Assembly (NCBI GenBank): GCA_046563655.1 | Contig: CM102287.1 | Location: 3,410,001-3,474,000, forward strand | DNA: 64,000 bases | Direction: 5' to 3' | Source of the DNA: Yuukianura sp. NJ FZ-2021 | Taxonomy: Eukaryota | Shown here: in pieces, positions 24,901 through 38,049 of the stretch | How the letters are laid out: each line of letters starts with the position of its first letter | Position numbering within the stretch: the first letter of the stretch is position 1 | Program-made: the position numbers and the translations under genes | The notes under the pieces: generated by a model | Databases searched by the model: none | What the model was told of the DNA's origin: nothing | The model's input: the letters and a program-made list of their open reading frames with translations, nothing else

Positions 24901-27900
24901 TTTTCAGTTTTCTGAAAATAATTTTAAACATTTTCGAAATTTTGTGAAAAGTTTGGAAAGTTTTTTTTGTCTTACGTGATTTAATTGCCAAAGGAAGATT
25001 GAACTTCCGATTTGAAGCAGAGCGCTGACAAGTCCCAGGGACACTGAAATTTTGAGTATTGCTAGAAACGGACCGATGCTGGAGGTCAAGAGGTCAAATG
25101 CTTCGGCGTGGGCGCGAATTCCATCGGCCAGTTTCAGTTCACCGACTTTTAAACCGTAAGAGTAGTACGCTAGTGTTTCAGAACGTAGAACAGCTTCAAG
25201 AACCCAACAACAGCAACAGACTTGGATGAAACCCAGAACCTGAAATTTTCAAAAAAGGTCAAAGGTCAATTTTAAGAAAACAGAAAAATTGGTCTTACCG
25301 CTGAAATAATTGCTCCAACTTGAGTGACCTTTGCCTCCACGAGGTCGTAGACATTCATTTTCAAAATTTTGAGAAAAAAATTTAAAAATTTCACTTTTAC
25401 TTTTAAAATTTCTAAATAATTTTTCTTTTTCAAATTCCCATCTTATTGTACATATTTGTACCTGGTATCGATTTGGCACGCAAAACTTGACGATTTACAA
25501 GTTACAACCAACAGGGAAAATCGTACAGAAGTTACTGACTGAGGTTGAAGTAAGCAAAAATCAGAAAATTTGCAAAAATTTTGCAATTCGCAGAGATTTC
25601 GCAACCGATTTGCAAATCTAGTGGTTTGTTATTAGTCATTTTAATTTTCCTGTTCTTTGGAAAACTATCTACTATCGTCACATTTTTCTTTTTGCAAAAA
25701 CGCTAAGTCCTGAGCACAAAATTTTAACTTTTCTGAAACGCCTACTCCAAAATTTTCACAGACTAGTTTAAAAACGAAAGACTTTGTGACGTAATGACAA
25801 AGGTTTTAGATTGAAAAAACAAAGTCTTAGCAGTATGTCCAGTCTTTGCCATAGACCGGCCGACATTGGACTGGACATGCTTTAAGTTTTCCAACCATTA
25901 ATCGATTCATTTCTTTCCGATCATCATGTCCAACAAATTCCTGATCAATTCTTTGAATTGGAAATGGACGTACGAGTCCATCCGGATACTTTCCGCAGAA
26001 GTAGCTGTCATGAGCTAACACTTTTTCTTTATAAGGATAGTAAATATTACGCTCCACGATTTCTTGATCCCAGAACTTCCCTTTACTCCTAGGTCCATTC
26101 TGAAAACACAACAAATTCAAAATTTCATTTCAAATTCTTTTTTGAAAACGTTTTTTTTTTTTTTTTGGAAATTCTTACTCTGATGATTGTGTCCTGGAGA
26201 TCTTTGAGCTCTTTCCTTGGAAAAGCGGAGTTTTTGAACCCCCAGAGTCCCGCGAGTACTTCCGTTTCATGCCAGTGGCTATCCCGTATCACATGGATTG
26301 GCTGCTCTGAGTTCTCCCATTCAGTAACAGCCTGTCTCTCCCGCTCACTCGCAGTGCTATCCAAATCTCGACTTAGGAAAAGGTCAACAGTCGGGTCACC
26401 CAGGACGAGAAACCGCCAAACTCTTCCGTTCATAGCAGATAGATCCCCTAAAAACAAGTCCAGACTCAAAGTAATCAATTAGTCCATTAATTGACTTAAT
26501 TGAGTGATGGATTCCGGTTCATACCATGTTGCGGAATGTTTTTAATGTCACACCATGACAGAAAAGTGTAGTTACAGATGAAGTTGCAGGAGTAGACATT
26601 GAGAGGAATGTTGGTGTAGATTCGAACTTGCCAACCTGGGAAGATTTGCTGAATTTTGTCCAAGTTCGGCCCAATCCCATCCAGAAAGTACGTTCTGGCT
26701 TCGTTATCCTCGACGTATAACGAATACGAAATGACTTTTTGGTTTCCGTAAAAGCTTGCTTCGGAACTACAAGTTGAAAACTTGGTTCTGTAAAACACGA
26801 AAACACATTTTATAGTAAAATGTCGGTTACGTTTTTAGTTATTCCGAAATTATGCAAACTCACATTGAAGACTGTACAGTTTTGTTAATCTCATGATAAT
26901 TATCACATCCACAGCCATAACGTGGAAAAGTAGTTAGAAATCGATCTGAACTTTTCTTTCGACCAGCATAGAACCTCCGTCTATCCTCTGTCATCAGTTC
27001 TATAGCAGAAACTGATTGGCTTGACTGTAACTGGCTAAGTAAAAAAGTTGGTACTGCATCTATCACAGAAAGAGCAAAGATAATGTAAATATCATTCCCT
27101 CATATTTTTTAATTGGAGCATTTTGATCTTACTGTAGTTGACTCGGAAGAAATACTCCAGCACTTGAATCACTATGAAAAGTATGACAGCAAAAATCAGC
27201 AATAACTTAATTATAGCATTCCTTCTTCCCTGCCGTCTCCGTTGCCTTCCAGCTGTCATCACGATTACTAAAGTCAAATATGATTTAATTAATTGGGTTT
27301 ATATCACTTTTAAGTAATTGACATGAACTTAATTACTTTTTATACACTTACCACAACAAGAACAGGTTAGGTTACTCTGACTGAAGTGGAATTACATTTT
27401 AAAGTATCATTCCAAATAATTTACCGAGAAAATGCATTTCCCTAATTATCAATCGTGGTTCTTAGAAGTCATACGTCACACGCCTTACTGTTGTTTTTGT
27501 TTGTAAACAAAAGATAATCTGAGATAACGGGATAAAACATGTGAAGATAAAACGAAATTGACGAATTTTAGAAAAGAAAATTTGAAATTCGGATTTCCCG
27601 CGAACTTGTTGAGACAGCTGAGATTCCTCTCTTCGGTGCGACTAAATCTCGGAAAAGTGAAATAACTTTCTCCGTCGCTTTCTTTTCTCTTTTTTCCAGC
27701 TCCTGCGTGATCGGCAGTTGATGGGCCTTATTCTGGCGTTACTTGTTATAGACACGGTCATCGTTTTTTCTTGGGCGACTTTTGACCCCATGCACAAGCA
27801 CAGACAAAATCTGTCTCTCGAAATTGACCCCTCTGATCGTTCAGTCGTCTACCAACAGCAGGTAAACTAAAATTGTGAAAACATTTTTGTATTTCTTTCA

Positions 27901-29468
27901 AAATAATTTAAAATTTCTAACCTTTGACCTACAGATTAAAGTTTGTCGCTCAACCAATGGACATGTCTGGCTCAGCATTATGTATGGCTACAAAAGCCTC
28001 TTGCTAGCAGTTGGACTATACATGGCCTGGGAAACAAGGTAAACTTGAAGGTCAAAGGGCAGAAGTAACTTTGTTTCTGAATAAGATCAACTCAATTACT
28101 AATTAATTACTAATTGCCTACAAATTTTAATTGAAACTCAGACATGTCAAGATCCAGGTTCTGAATGACTCCAAATACATCGGCCTCTGCGTGTACATCG
28201 TCGTGTTGACGAGTGTCCTAGGCGTGTCACTGGCCAACTTATTGTCTGACAAGGTCACGCTGTCTTTCCTCACCGTGACCTCTCTCATCCTCACTGCTAC
28301 CACAGCTACACTATGTCTCCTGTTTCTTCCCAAAGTAAGTGTCCAAAATGTTAAAAGCTGAAGGTCAGAGGTCAAAGGTCACTTTTCAATTCAAGGTCTA
28401 TGCAATAGTCAAGAAGAAGCATCTGAGTGACCCCGTCGTAGAAAGTTCCGGGCTCAAAATTGAGTCCAACACGAGACGATTCCTGGTTGAGGACACGAAG
28501 GAGTTGCTGTTTAGAGCTGAAGTCCAGAACAGAGTATACAAGCGTCAAATTGAAGCAATTGACGCTGAAATGTGGCGACTTGAAAAAATACTGCTAGGAC
28601 CCAGCAGCGATTCAGCGATTGTACGTCAACAATTTTAATTTAATTACAGAAAAATTTTGAGTTTGGAAACCTTTAAGAACTTTTCTCTCTTTAGCCAATC
28701 GCTGAAATTGAAGGTCAAGTAAGGTCAAATTGCGTAGTTGAGAATGACGACGGTAGCAGCGATTCTTCCAGCGAAATTTACACTGTCTACCTCCATCGTC
28801 CTCGCTTCCTCATTCCAATTTCTCTCCTTCATTTTCAAAATGGGACCAACACAATCGCTGATTTCAGTTCCGTAGCAGCATTTGCAGCGTCAGCACTCAC
28901 CGGACCAAGGTCAAGTTGGCCCAGCACGAGTCAGCGTCCCTCGGTAAAGAAGAATTCAGACCGCAGTTTAGCTGAAACTTCGGAAGTATCTGGCAAATAT
29001 CGTTTCAAATCCGAACCGAAACTCCCGTGTTTCACGGAAAGTGAAACTGACGATGTCGTTTTCAAAAGTCAACTTCACAAAGTCAGCGCTGAAAGTTTAG
29101 GAACGCTGGAGACCGTAGTTGGACCAGAATCTAGGAAAAGTAGTTCACCAGGCACTGGAGCCGTTTCGTCACTCTTTTCAGCCCTTAAGTCCCCTCTAGC
29201 ATATATGACCGGATTGCTAAAACCACCGACCATATCAGTGACAGGTCCAGGTCATGGACCCTTAAGTCCTTCCATGTCACTTGACCAGCACAAGTACGGT
29301 TCAGTTCCTGATTTATGGGGAGTTAGAACTTCTCCAGGTTTTGAGAAACGAAGGGGCACCAAAGTCTCGGTTTTAGGTCAAGACTGTGACAATGTCGAGA
29401 GACTTCCGGGATTCGAGGACCCCTTAATTCGCTTCATCCCTACGACACAACCCTCTCCCTACATATAA
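12968..29468 (+). CDS. GABA-B-R3: Metabotropic GABA-B receptor, R3-type (class C GPCR), ~17 exons
   Basis: Exons join in frame: ILGLFELT, DINRKRILKDYKL, CDAGVGVDAFFHALYT...LLGSACSEVTERLAKVVPYWNIIQVSYGSTSPALS, YGRDYAWIL, AYDAVWAIALAL, IKLSSPRLNN, FAKTYRVHRIF, AWETRHVKIQVLNDSKYIG, LFLPK, EVQNRVYKR. Matches the R3 subtype as I recall it. Confidence 0.9.
14177..14272 (+). repeat. Degenerate ~21-bp intronic tandem repeat (TGGCTGAAACTCGGCCGTAAT-like)
   Basis: Four to five visible units. Confidence 0.75.
16832..17043 (+). repeat. Degenerate ~17-18-bp intronic tandem repeat (TTTCGGCAACATTGCAA-like)
   Basis: Repeated GGCAACATTG / GCAACGTTGCAATT units just after the exon ending at 16807. Confidence 0.75.
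22510..23597 (-). mobile_element. Non-autonomous Helentron-associated element (HINE/DINE-1-like) in a GABA-B-R3 intron
   Basis: Minus strand: TTTT, then 5' subTIR AGTCTTCTGGAG with an adjacent partial inverted repeat forming a hairpin (23556-23597), a TGTCTGTCCG (GTCY-like) remnant, 3' subTIR CTCCAGAAGAC (22539-22549) and terminal stem-loop ATGCTCAA-CCC-TTGAGCAT (22518-22536). Confidence 0.78.
24579..25358 (-). CDS. Nested antisense gene: small multi-pass (~4 TM) membrane protein; exons 25358-25299, ~25239-24976, ~24910-24579
   Basis: In-frame splicing: MNVYDLVEAKVTQVGAIISA/VLGFIQVCCCCWVL...FLAILKISVSLGLVSALLQIGSSIFLW.../WWFRLWLVSVVTSGVVTLSGFVLPIAY...FLVVTSLNIFIMTHIVTVVLL. Confidence 0.72.
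25827..27259 (-). CDS. Nested antisense gene: type II membrane protein, putative GT-A-like glycosyltransferase of an uncharacterised family; 5 exons
   Basis: Basic N-terminus plus TM (IIKLLLIFAVILFIVIQVL); KVISYSLY, FPGWQVRIY, WRFLVLGDPTVDLFLSRDLDS (DxD), ERERQAVTEW, HVIRDSHWH, LAGLWG, DQ and HDSYFC; all GT-AG junctions in frame. Confidence 0.8.
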
Positions 29469-29756
29469 GTTATGGACCAAATACTAATTCTCAATTACTA
29501 ATTAGTCAATTACTAATTCTGATCATATATCCATGTACCCTAACTGCTATTGTTACAATAACGCAAGACGTTTTCTTGAATTTCATAAACGGGCGTCTTT
29601 TGGCTAATTTCAGTAATTGCGCTTACAACTTGTCCAGATCCTGAATGGTAACGTTAAGAGCTAAACAACTGAAATGAGTTAACGAATTCTTGCGAAATTC
29701 TTCATCTCCTGCGAATGTTGAGGTCAAGAGGTCAGTTGCAATTTCGGTAACTGCCT

Positions 29757-30654
29757 CTAAAATTCGTCCTTGGGATATCTTTGATTAGGACATAGACAGG
29801 CTTCGCGTTGAGCGTTGATGAAGGGTTGACATCCGAGAGCTGTTGTCCCTGTGTAGAGCAACTTTGCACCAGCTTGACACCCTAATGAACAAACATCGTG
29901 TTGTTGTAAATTATCAAGTGTCAGTGTCATAACATGAAAGTAATTGGATTCTTATGATTTGTGTTGTAAGTACCTTTGTAGCGCAAAGGAGTCAAAGTTT
30001 CTTTCTTGTTTGAACAGACCTTGTATAGACACTTCTTGAATTTGAGGTCACAATCGTCTTTGTCCTTGAGACATTTTCCGTAACACAGGTCATGAGAATC
30101 ACAGCAGGTCACAAACTCCGACGTCGGTAACATGTCTTCGCTCAAGTATTTCTGGAGAGAAGATGAAGAAGAAAATTACACTTGACATTGGTATAATTCA
30201 CGAATTAGTTCTATTACTTTTTAGTAAGTATCTCACTTCAAGTCCAAATGATCCGCAACCGTTACTCTTCGCGATGTAATCCGGGTTACGTCTTGGTTTA
30301 CTTCCTGTTAACATAAGAATTTCAATTATTAGCAAGGCACTATTTCGAAAATTAAGTTTGATTTTACAAGTTGATTGACTTACCATCAGGACATTCGAAC
30401 AAGCAGTTCTCTTCTACCGTAGAATCCAGGAATTCCTGAACCTGTTTGACCCCCTTGACCAATTTCTTGACCCCGGATGACACATCTTCAGCTACTTTCC
30501 CGAGTTCATCCAAGAATCCTCTTACCGAAGCATAAATGCTGGTACCACCAGCATCCTCGTTACTCTCATAGGAATTAACGGTAATTGGAAATACTAAACT
30601 AACGATGAATGTCAATACTAAAGTCTTCACGACGTTAGGAATTCGGATTTCCAT
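29757..30654 (-). CDS. PLA2G12: Group XII secretory phospholipase A2; 4 exons
   Basis: EENCLFECPDG, NGCGSFG, CCDSHDLCYGKC (His-Asp dyad), CDLKFKKCL, LGCQPFINAQREACLC; C-terminal KDEF. Confidence 0.92.
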
Positions 30655-31173
30655 TAGCGTAGTTCCTATAGTTCCGTCCGATCGATTTCCTGTCAAGGTT
30701 TAATCGCTCCGACAAACGCCGTCCACCTTCCGAAAATGATGAATCCGGAACTCGTCTTTTAGAAAAACTGAATTAGTTTGACACTAATCATAATCAATTA
30801 GGAATTAGAATAACAAAAACCAATGAATTAACGATTTGTTTACTTTTTTGACACTTACGCTACGCCTTGTCAGCTGTCCACAACTTCATCCAGAGTACAA
30901 CTTTCGCGCCTTCTGTCCCCGCCTCGAGCGATGCCTCTTGACACTATCAAAATTATAGCAACACACTTCAACAAAAGCATCCATCTTGCAGTTGACTTAC
31001 CAGTAAGAACCGAATTTACTCAAATCATTAAATCCTAATGTTCTAGAATATGCTAAAAACCATAACTGTAAAAATATGCGATGATACCAGAAGGTAACAT
31101 CTTCAACAAATTCATTAAATTCTAAATCAATCAAAAATAATTCCATCTGTGTAAACCGATTTTCCAGTCTTCG

Positions 31174-34100
31174 TTAAATATCTTCTGATTCTTCGCACTC
31201 GACGTCTCGCTTGACCTGAAATTTGTAAGGCTTGATAAGGAACGGGTTTCAATTACAAATTAAAACGGATTCCTCATCAAGTTTAGTCTAAATCAAAAAT
31301 GGAAAATCTTCTAACTACTTACTGTTTTGCTAGGATGTGGACGACGGGGACGTCTGGTCTTCCGTTCCTTGATAGTTTGATGTTCATCGATCACTATATA
31401 ATAGAAGATAACAAATTAAATCTTAACTAATTTACACACATAGTGAACTGAGAAGTTGCTTTTTACCTGATTTAATTCTATTTTCTAGTATTTCTTATCC
31501 ATTTCTGTTCATTTTTGTGACCTACCCTTCTTGTAGTCCAAGTAAATCTCTTCATTGGGCTGAATATCGCGAGAAGCGTAGATTCCAATACGTTGATCAG
31601 TGTTCACTTTCATAATTTTGACATGCGTGTTGGGCTTGTCTGCGTGATTTGCAAAACGCACTTTACTTCCTTTCTGTTGAGCATCGATACTGTACTCTAC
31701 GGAATAAAAACAATGTTAATTAATTAGTTACCTTCAATTACAATTCGACCTTTGACCTAAACTGACTCACCTGAGTTCAATTCAAACAGAAATGTGTGAC
31801 AACGCTTTTTGTATGCCAGTGCTCGTCTTTGAAAAGAAACAAAACAAAACTTGGAGTTTTGGGTTTCAAAAACATGAACATTCCTTTCGAAATTGAGTTA
31901 CCGATCTGCTTCTCGATCCGTGATGAGTTCGCCAGCGTATTCTTCAATCAGTTCTCCTTTTGAAATTGGTTCCACAGCAAAAATTCCCCAGCCTGCACAA
32001 ATTTCAGATTTTTAAATCTTGAATTTCAAAATTTTGGAACTTGAGTTGCGTGGTGACTAACCGGCTTCGGGAATCTCGCTGGGAGCCAGCTTGATATGCT
32101 TCCGCCAAAGACGCTGAAGTCCAATATTTCGGCAAGTTGTTGCTTCACTTTGGTACAAGTTGGCTCCACAGGAACAACAAAGATCAGGGTCACACTGGAA
32201 AGGTCACGACATGACAATTTTTAAGCATTGAATTACTTATTGTGATCAGACAAGTAAGCGTGGTGACTTACTTCACGTTGTGCAGCGTAACACGGACAAG
32301 CTCTCGTGTTGCAGCGACCTTCACACTTGCATCCAACAGCACGATGGATACCTAGAAAACAAAAATAAAACAATTTAGATCCGAAGTTTTCAAAATTTCT
32401 AAAATACGGAACTCACAATTTGGTGGACAAGTGCAGTACTTTTCGCAAGGAATCTGGGACTCCAGACAAGTACAAATGGACGGAGAACATTCCATTCCTG
32501 GATGGAAACAAGGTTTGTACACCGTTTTCAGAAAAAGTTCGTGCGATGTGACTCCTTTAGGCCAAACAGTTCGAACGGGCTTTCGAACTTTTGGCTGTTT
32601 TCTGGGCTTGGTCACGGCGGGCATGGGCTGACCACTCAAAAGGTCAATCTTCGGCCTCTCTGTCGCTACAAATCTCTCCACCAATCGACAGTGCGTTGAC
32701 ATGATTTTGGCGACGTCACAGTAGTTGTGTTTGAACACATTCAGAAGAACACGACAGATCGAAACGTCATTTGGACCTGGAAGAAGCATTTCGAAATTTT
32801 AGAACATATTTTTAGAAACAAAGCTGTAGTCAGTTTGTGTTTTACCCCACTTGTCTCGTTCATCTTCCTTTTCTCCCAATTCCATATGGCCTTTTAACCT
32901 CCCATGTTTCTTTCCATCCCGAATCTGGTCATGGAGGTAGCAACTAATTGAACACGGAATTGGTGCTGGAAGTTCTGGACGGACTTTTTTAGTGATAAAC
33001 TCAGGAGCCACACCATCTTCAAAAAATAAGTTACAGCATTTAGCGAAGGGGCAGTTTTGTAAGAAAAAAAAAGAATTTCTGCACTAAATTTGCAGAATCT
33101 CAAAACGCACTCACCGTCAATATGAAATGGGCAATTGTAAATGAAGCACTTCCGGCAAAACTAGCGAAAAATAGACACATTATAGTTAAAAAATTTCAAA
33201 ATTTTGAAATACCAAGTCTTTTGAATTTTGAGTGTAAAACCAACCATTTGTCGATAACTGTCCAAGGCTTTATCGGCTGTGGACGTTGTCAAGTTATTGT
33301 CGTTATCTAAGTTCATCCCAGGCGTATGTAAATTCTTGATAATCGGATGCCATTTTTTGAGTAACTGGACAAATCTGAAATTACGAAAGCATTTCAAAAA
33401 ATCAAAATTTTGGAAAATTCGACTCCAAATTATGAAGTTTTCAAAATACCTTTCTCTCAATTTTTCAGGCCTCGTGGCACACTCCATAACTTTGCTCAAA
33501 GCTTCAAACGTTTCCATTGACGGAGTGAACAGGTCTTCGGGAGCCGCCGGTTTGAAATTGTTTGGCACAGGAGCTGAAAATTCACAAAATAGGAATTGAA
33601 AACATTCAAAATTTTCAAATTTCTAAAGCAGTGCATGCACTTAAGCTACAGTATACACAATGAGGCAGGAGTACATGGACGGACGACGGTAGTTTCTTGG
33701 ATCATTTGGTTCCAGTGTGTGTCATCCCCAAGTGGATTTGACCTCTTGCGGTGTTTCTTTTCAAGGTCATGCAGTGTTGTAACTGTATGGTAAAACACGT
33801 CTTCGTCTTCTATGTCCAGTATTTCGTCTTCATTAGTCAAAGTGTCCAGTTCATTCAGAAGTTCAGTGTCTTCAGTAAACGTTGCTTCGTCAAAGTAAGG
33901 AGTGTGACGCTTCACATCTTGGTCTGCAATGACATAGTTCCGAGGCGTCCATGACCAGACGGAGTAATGTGGATTAGGTTTGACAAGAGGAATGGTCACT
34001 GTTGGTCCTTCGTGGACAATTTCATCGTCAAGGTCACCGTATGCATAAGTCCAGGTTTTCGTAAAGGTCAGAGGTCGTGGTAGTTGAAGAGGCGGAGCTA

Positions 34101-34450
34101 CTGGGACGAAATCCGAGTTGTCGTCATCAGACAAAACTCCAGAGTCTTCTAAATCCGGTGGCAGCGACGATGTCGTTGACAGTTCCCACGGACTTGGTAT
34201 GCGTTTCAGGTGACCTTGACCTGAAAGTTTTATTGTAAGATAATTTTTTTCAGAAATATTTATATCAACATTGTTTCTTACATTCTCGTTTACGTTTCTC
34301 TCTGTTTATTTCATAAAGTGCGTCGACTTCTTTTTGTTTTGCTGCCAAGATGGAGTCGTAGACCGATTTGACTACTTTGTGAAAAGGAGTATTCGGTGGA
34401 AAGGACACCGTTATTGGCAGTATTGGTTGAGTCACTTCATCGTCAGCCAT
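31174..34450 (-). CDS. Divergent Enhancer of zeste/EZH-like histone methyltransferase (SBD, SAL/SRM, MCSS, SANT2-like, CXC, SET); ~13 exons; 3' exons tentative
   Basis: FCRKCFIYNCPFH, YKPCFHPG...CEKYCTC, CPCYAAQRECDPDLC, GWGIF...EEYAGELIT..EADRR, TFLFELN, IDAQQKGSKVRFANH, DQRIGIYASRDIQPNEEIYLDY. Confidence 0.9.
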
Positions 34451-36647
34451 CCTACGATCCCGTTCAGAAGTCAACTGTGGATCTAAAATGTGGATGCAAA
34501 AGATAAAATTTAATTACTGATAACTTACTACTACGCTAAAACTTTAACGTTTTAACTAAAATTGAACCAGAGAGTTATAGTTTATGTTATGGAACAGGTT
34601 AACTGAAACGTATGGAAAGTAAAATCAAGGAGGAATCAGTTGCATAAAAATCCATTTTAAGCTTCTGAAATTGAATCATATCATCACCCATCCCAAATTC
34701 GACCCACATTACTAACTACTTGCATAGAAGAATTGCCAATTTTGTAAATACTGCAGTAATAGCAACACATATTTGCACAGTTGCTTCTGCTTCTTCTAAT
34801 ACCTGCCAAAGTTTTGCTTTTTTCCAAAGCTGTCGCTGGTCGTCACGAAGCGATCTTTTGTCCGAAGCGACACTTCGCTATGATTGGCTGTCCGAACCGA
34901 TACTCCTCTCGTCCTCTCTGATTGGTTCTGTAAAACAAAATGTAAAAACGTTTTTACTCAGCGTGAATCCTCATCTTAACTATGAAGAACAATTTGGTTC
35001 AGGGAGAGTGGAAAGAAAATTTTTCGAAAAGGTTTGAACTTAGACATTAGAGAAAAGTTTATTCCGAATCTAACTTTTAAGTTTTTAGCGTCGAGCAGAT
35101 CTTATGAATCACAAAACTTTTAAGCATGAATTTCATTTAAACTAGCAATTAACTTTTAATTAACGTTTGCTTTAAGTCCCTTGAGCTGAGAAATGCTGAA
35201 CCTAAGTAAGCATTTTAGATTAAAACAGACATTCGAAGGTTCTAAAATTACTACTCTAGTACTTTTAAGTTAAGTATTTTCATCTATAGCTTTAACTTTG
35301 CATTTAATTTCACAGTTAATTAAGTTATTGATTAAGTTTAGACCTGGTTTGAATCGATTGTTATTGTACTTTGAATTCCCTTTTTAGTTCAGATTTACTT
35401 TTGTCTTCACTCCGGCCATTGAACTACAGACGCGAGATTTCTTTTGTCATTTGAACGAAACTGTTCAGGCATTCTGCTGATTTCAATGATCCTTTTTAGC
35501 TTACCGGCTAACCTTCGTTAACTCTGTAATCTTACAACATTACATCATGCATAACAGCTAATTGGCAATGACTTTACGACTTAAATTTAATTAGTTAATT
35601 CATGTTAACACAACCTCTGCACATCAACACAACCAAGAGTGATGACGGAAACGTTGAAATGTTCCCTAACCTGTAATGTAACAACCTCAAAATTAGTCTA
35701 GTAAAGCCAACATTTTCCAGCACATCGTCCTAAGGCTAGAGCCATTTAGCCACCATCGTTAGCACTAATCTTAACATTGTAATTAGAGTAGAAGAAATTC
35801 CTCGTAGTAAACCTTACGTTAACCATTAATCACAAGCTAACATTAATCAACTCTCATACTACATTAACTCCCCGAACTAGCAACTGCTGAGCGCTCTTTA
35901 ACTTATACAGTAACCGTCGACCTGACCTGCTGACCTTACAAATACACAGAAATTACGACTATAAAATCATGAGCCATTCGATTCATTTATAAAATTTCAG
36001 ATCAATCTCACGATTACTTTGTAGAAGTCTCTATGTTAAGTTCATGTGTACCAAAACCAAACCCAAAATCCATCGATTACCAATTTAGATCTAAATTCAA
36101 TTAGAATCAACAATTAACACCTACGAATTCCCTTATCACTTAGAAATCTTAGCTTAATTAAAAATTTTGAGTTACGGTTAGGGTTACGGAAAGATCGGAT
36201 TCAGATCCTGTTTGCTTACAGTCCTTGTAGTTAACGCAGAGAGAGAAGGAATGGTCGAATTGTTGCAGGTCAAAGGTCAAATGGTTGTTTGACCTCGTCT
36301 TAGATTGATCCAAGGTCAAAGGTTACGACGACGAAGACAGGAGAGACGGACAGGAGTTAACTGGACAAAGACTTTGACTTGACTTGATGTGGAATTTGTA
36401 TGGAAAATGTGAAAAATTAAAAAGTGGAAAGTTCATCGAGATCCATTTAAAAAATTGGCGCCTTTTTGCTGTTACAAATTTTTGTTGACCTTTGTTGTGT
36501 GTTTACAAAAATGTTGTTGACCATTTTGTTGTTTCATTTGCTCAAGTATTTTTGTTGAACGGCTTGCAATTTGAACAAAGAAGCAACTGCAAAATTATCA
36601 AAGTGTTGACCAAAAACGTTTTTTCAACGTAAATATCGCCGGTCCTG

Positions 36648-38049
36648 TTATTGGTTGTCGTCTCCAATGCTACGCATCAGACAGAGTGAAAACAGGACTC
36701 CCAAAATCTGTAATTCAAAAAAGGTCAAAGGTCAAATTTTCGCTCCAAAAAAGGTCAAAAGTCAAATCTTTTCGCGCCAAAGGTCAATGCCAAGGTAAAC
36801 TTACTTGCAAAAGTGCTAGACCGCCAGAGCTGGCTCCAATGACCAGTAAATAACACCAGAACCACTTTATGAATTCGTCAAAGCAGCCCTAAGACAAAAA
36901 TCGAACAAAATAAGTCACGTGAGTGTTTTTGACCCGGGGTCGAAAGGTCAAAGGTCAACACATACCTTGTCATGTCGGAATTGAATATCAGTTTGCTCTT
37001 TCTGGCATTCTTGCTGATTGACTGGTCTTGGGTGAACCCACTCGTCTTCTTCTTGATACTAAAGATCAAAGTGGGTCAAAATTGAGGTCAAAAGGTCAAA
37101 ATTAAAAGTCAAAAGTTAAAATAAAAGGTCAAAGGTCAGCTTACCTCGTTAGACAGAACACAACAGGTGAGCGGATAGATTTGGCTTTGGTTGAAGGGTC
37201 TTCCATGTGGATCGTAAGGTCTGTTGTAGTCACTGGCACCTTCCACCCCACAACACTTGAACTATTAAAATATATTAATAATTATATTAAATATATTAAA
37301 AATATAAATAATAAAATATAAAATTCCAATGTAACAAAATTTTGGAATTCAAAACCGTTATGCTTACAGTGACTTGAGTGTGGTTGAAAGCTGCCGTGAA
37401 GTCGTGATCGTGCGTGTAGCTTTGACTCCAGTGCGTCTTCAGTTGACCTTTGACCGTCGCAGTGTCCGGGAATGTCCACCAGTAGTACAGCGTCCCAAGT
37501 CCAATCGCTGCCTCCACAAAGCAAATCAGGATCAGGAAGAAGATGTACTAAATACACCAAAAACAGCAAATTTTTAATCAAACTTGGCTTTTTCTGTCAA
37601 AAATTTTGCCTAGATTTGACTTTTTGTTGTTTGCTTTTTGCTGGCATCGGCTTTTGACCTTGACCTTACCGTTCCCACCATACATTTGCTTTCTTGTAGT
37701 GCTCCACAGCATCCAAAGAATCCAACAAACAAAATACTTCCGCCCAGTATGATACTGGCGTAAGCAACGTAGTCCACGATTTCCTTTGGGAATTTGTTAG
37801 GTTCAGATTCGACCAAACTGAAGAGAAAAGCGTATCCTTTGTCATACAGCAAAACTGCACCCAACGCCACAAATGCACAGCCAGACGCCTAAAAAGTAGT
37901 TAATTAATTACAATTAACTTATAAAAACTAAACTAAAACACATAACACTTTACATATTATTTCATGAAAGTGAAAGTTCTTACCCAAAACAGTAGGTTGT
38001 AGATGATTACAAACGTTTTTGAGCATCTCGGCCCACAACATGCAGACAT
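36648..38049 (-). CDS. Tetraspanin (TSPAN1/18-like), 7 coding exons; probable 5' UTR exons near 38200 and 40177-40330
   Basis: YNLLFW, VGFFGCCGALQESKCM, KCCG in the large loop, YPLTCC, GC, four TM segments. Confidence 0.92.
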
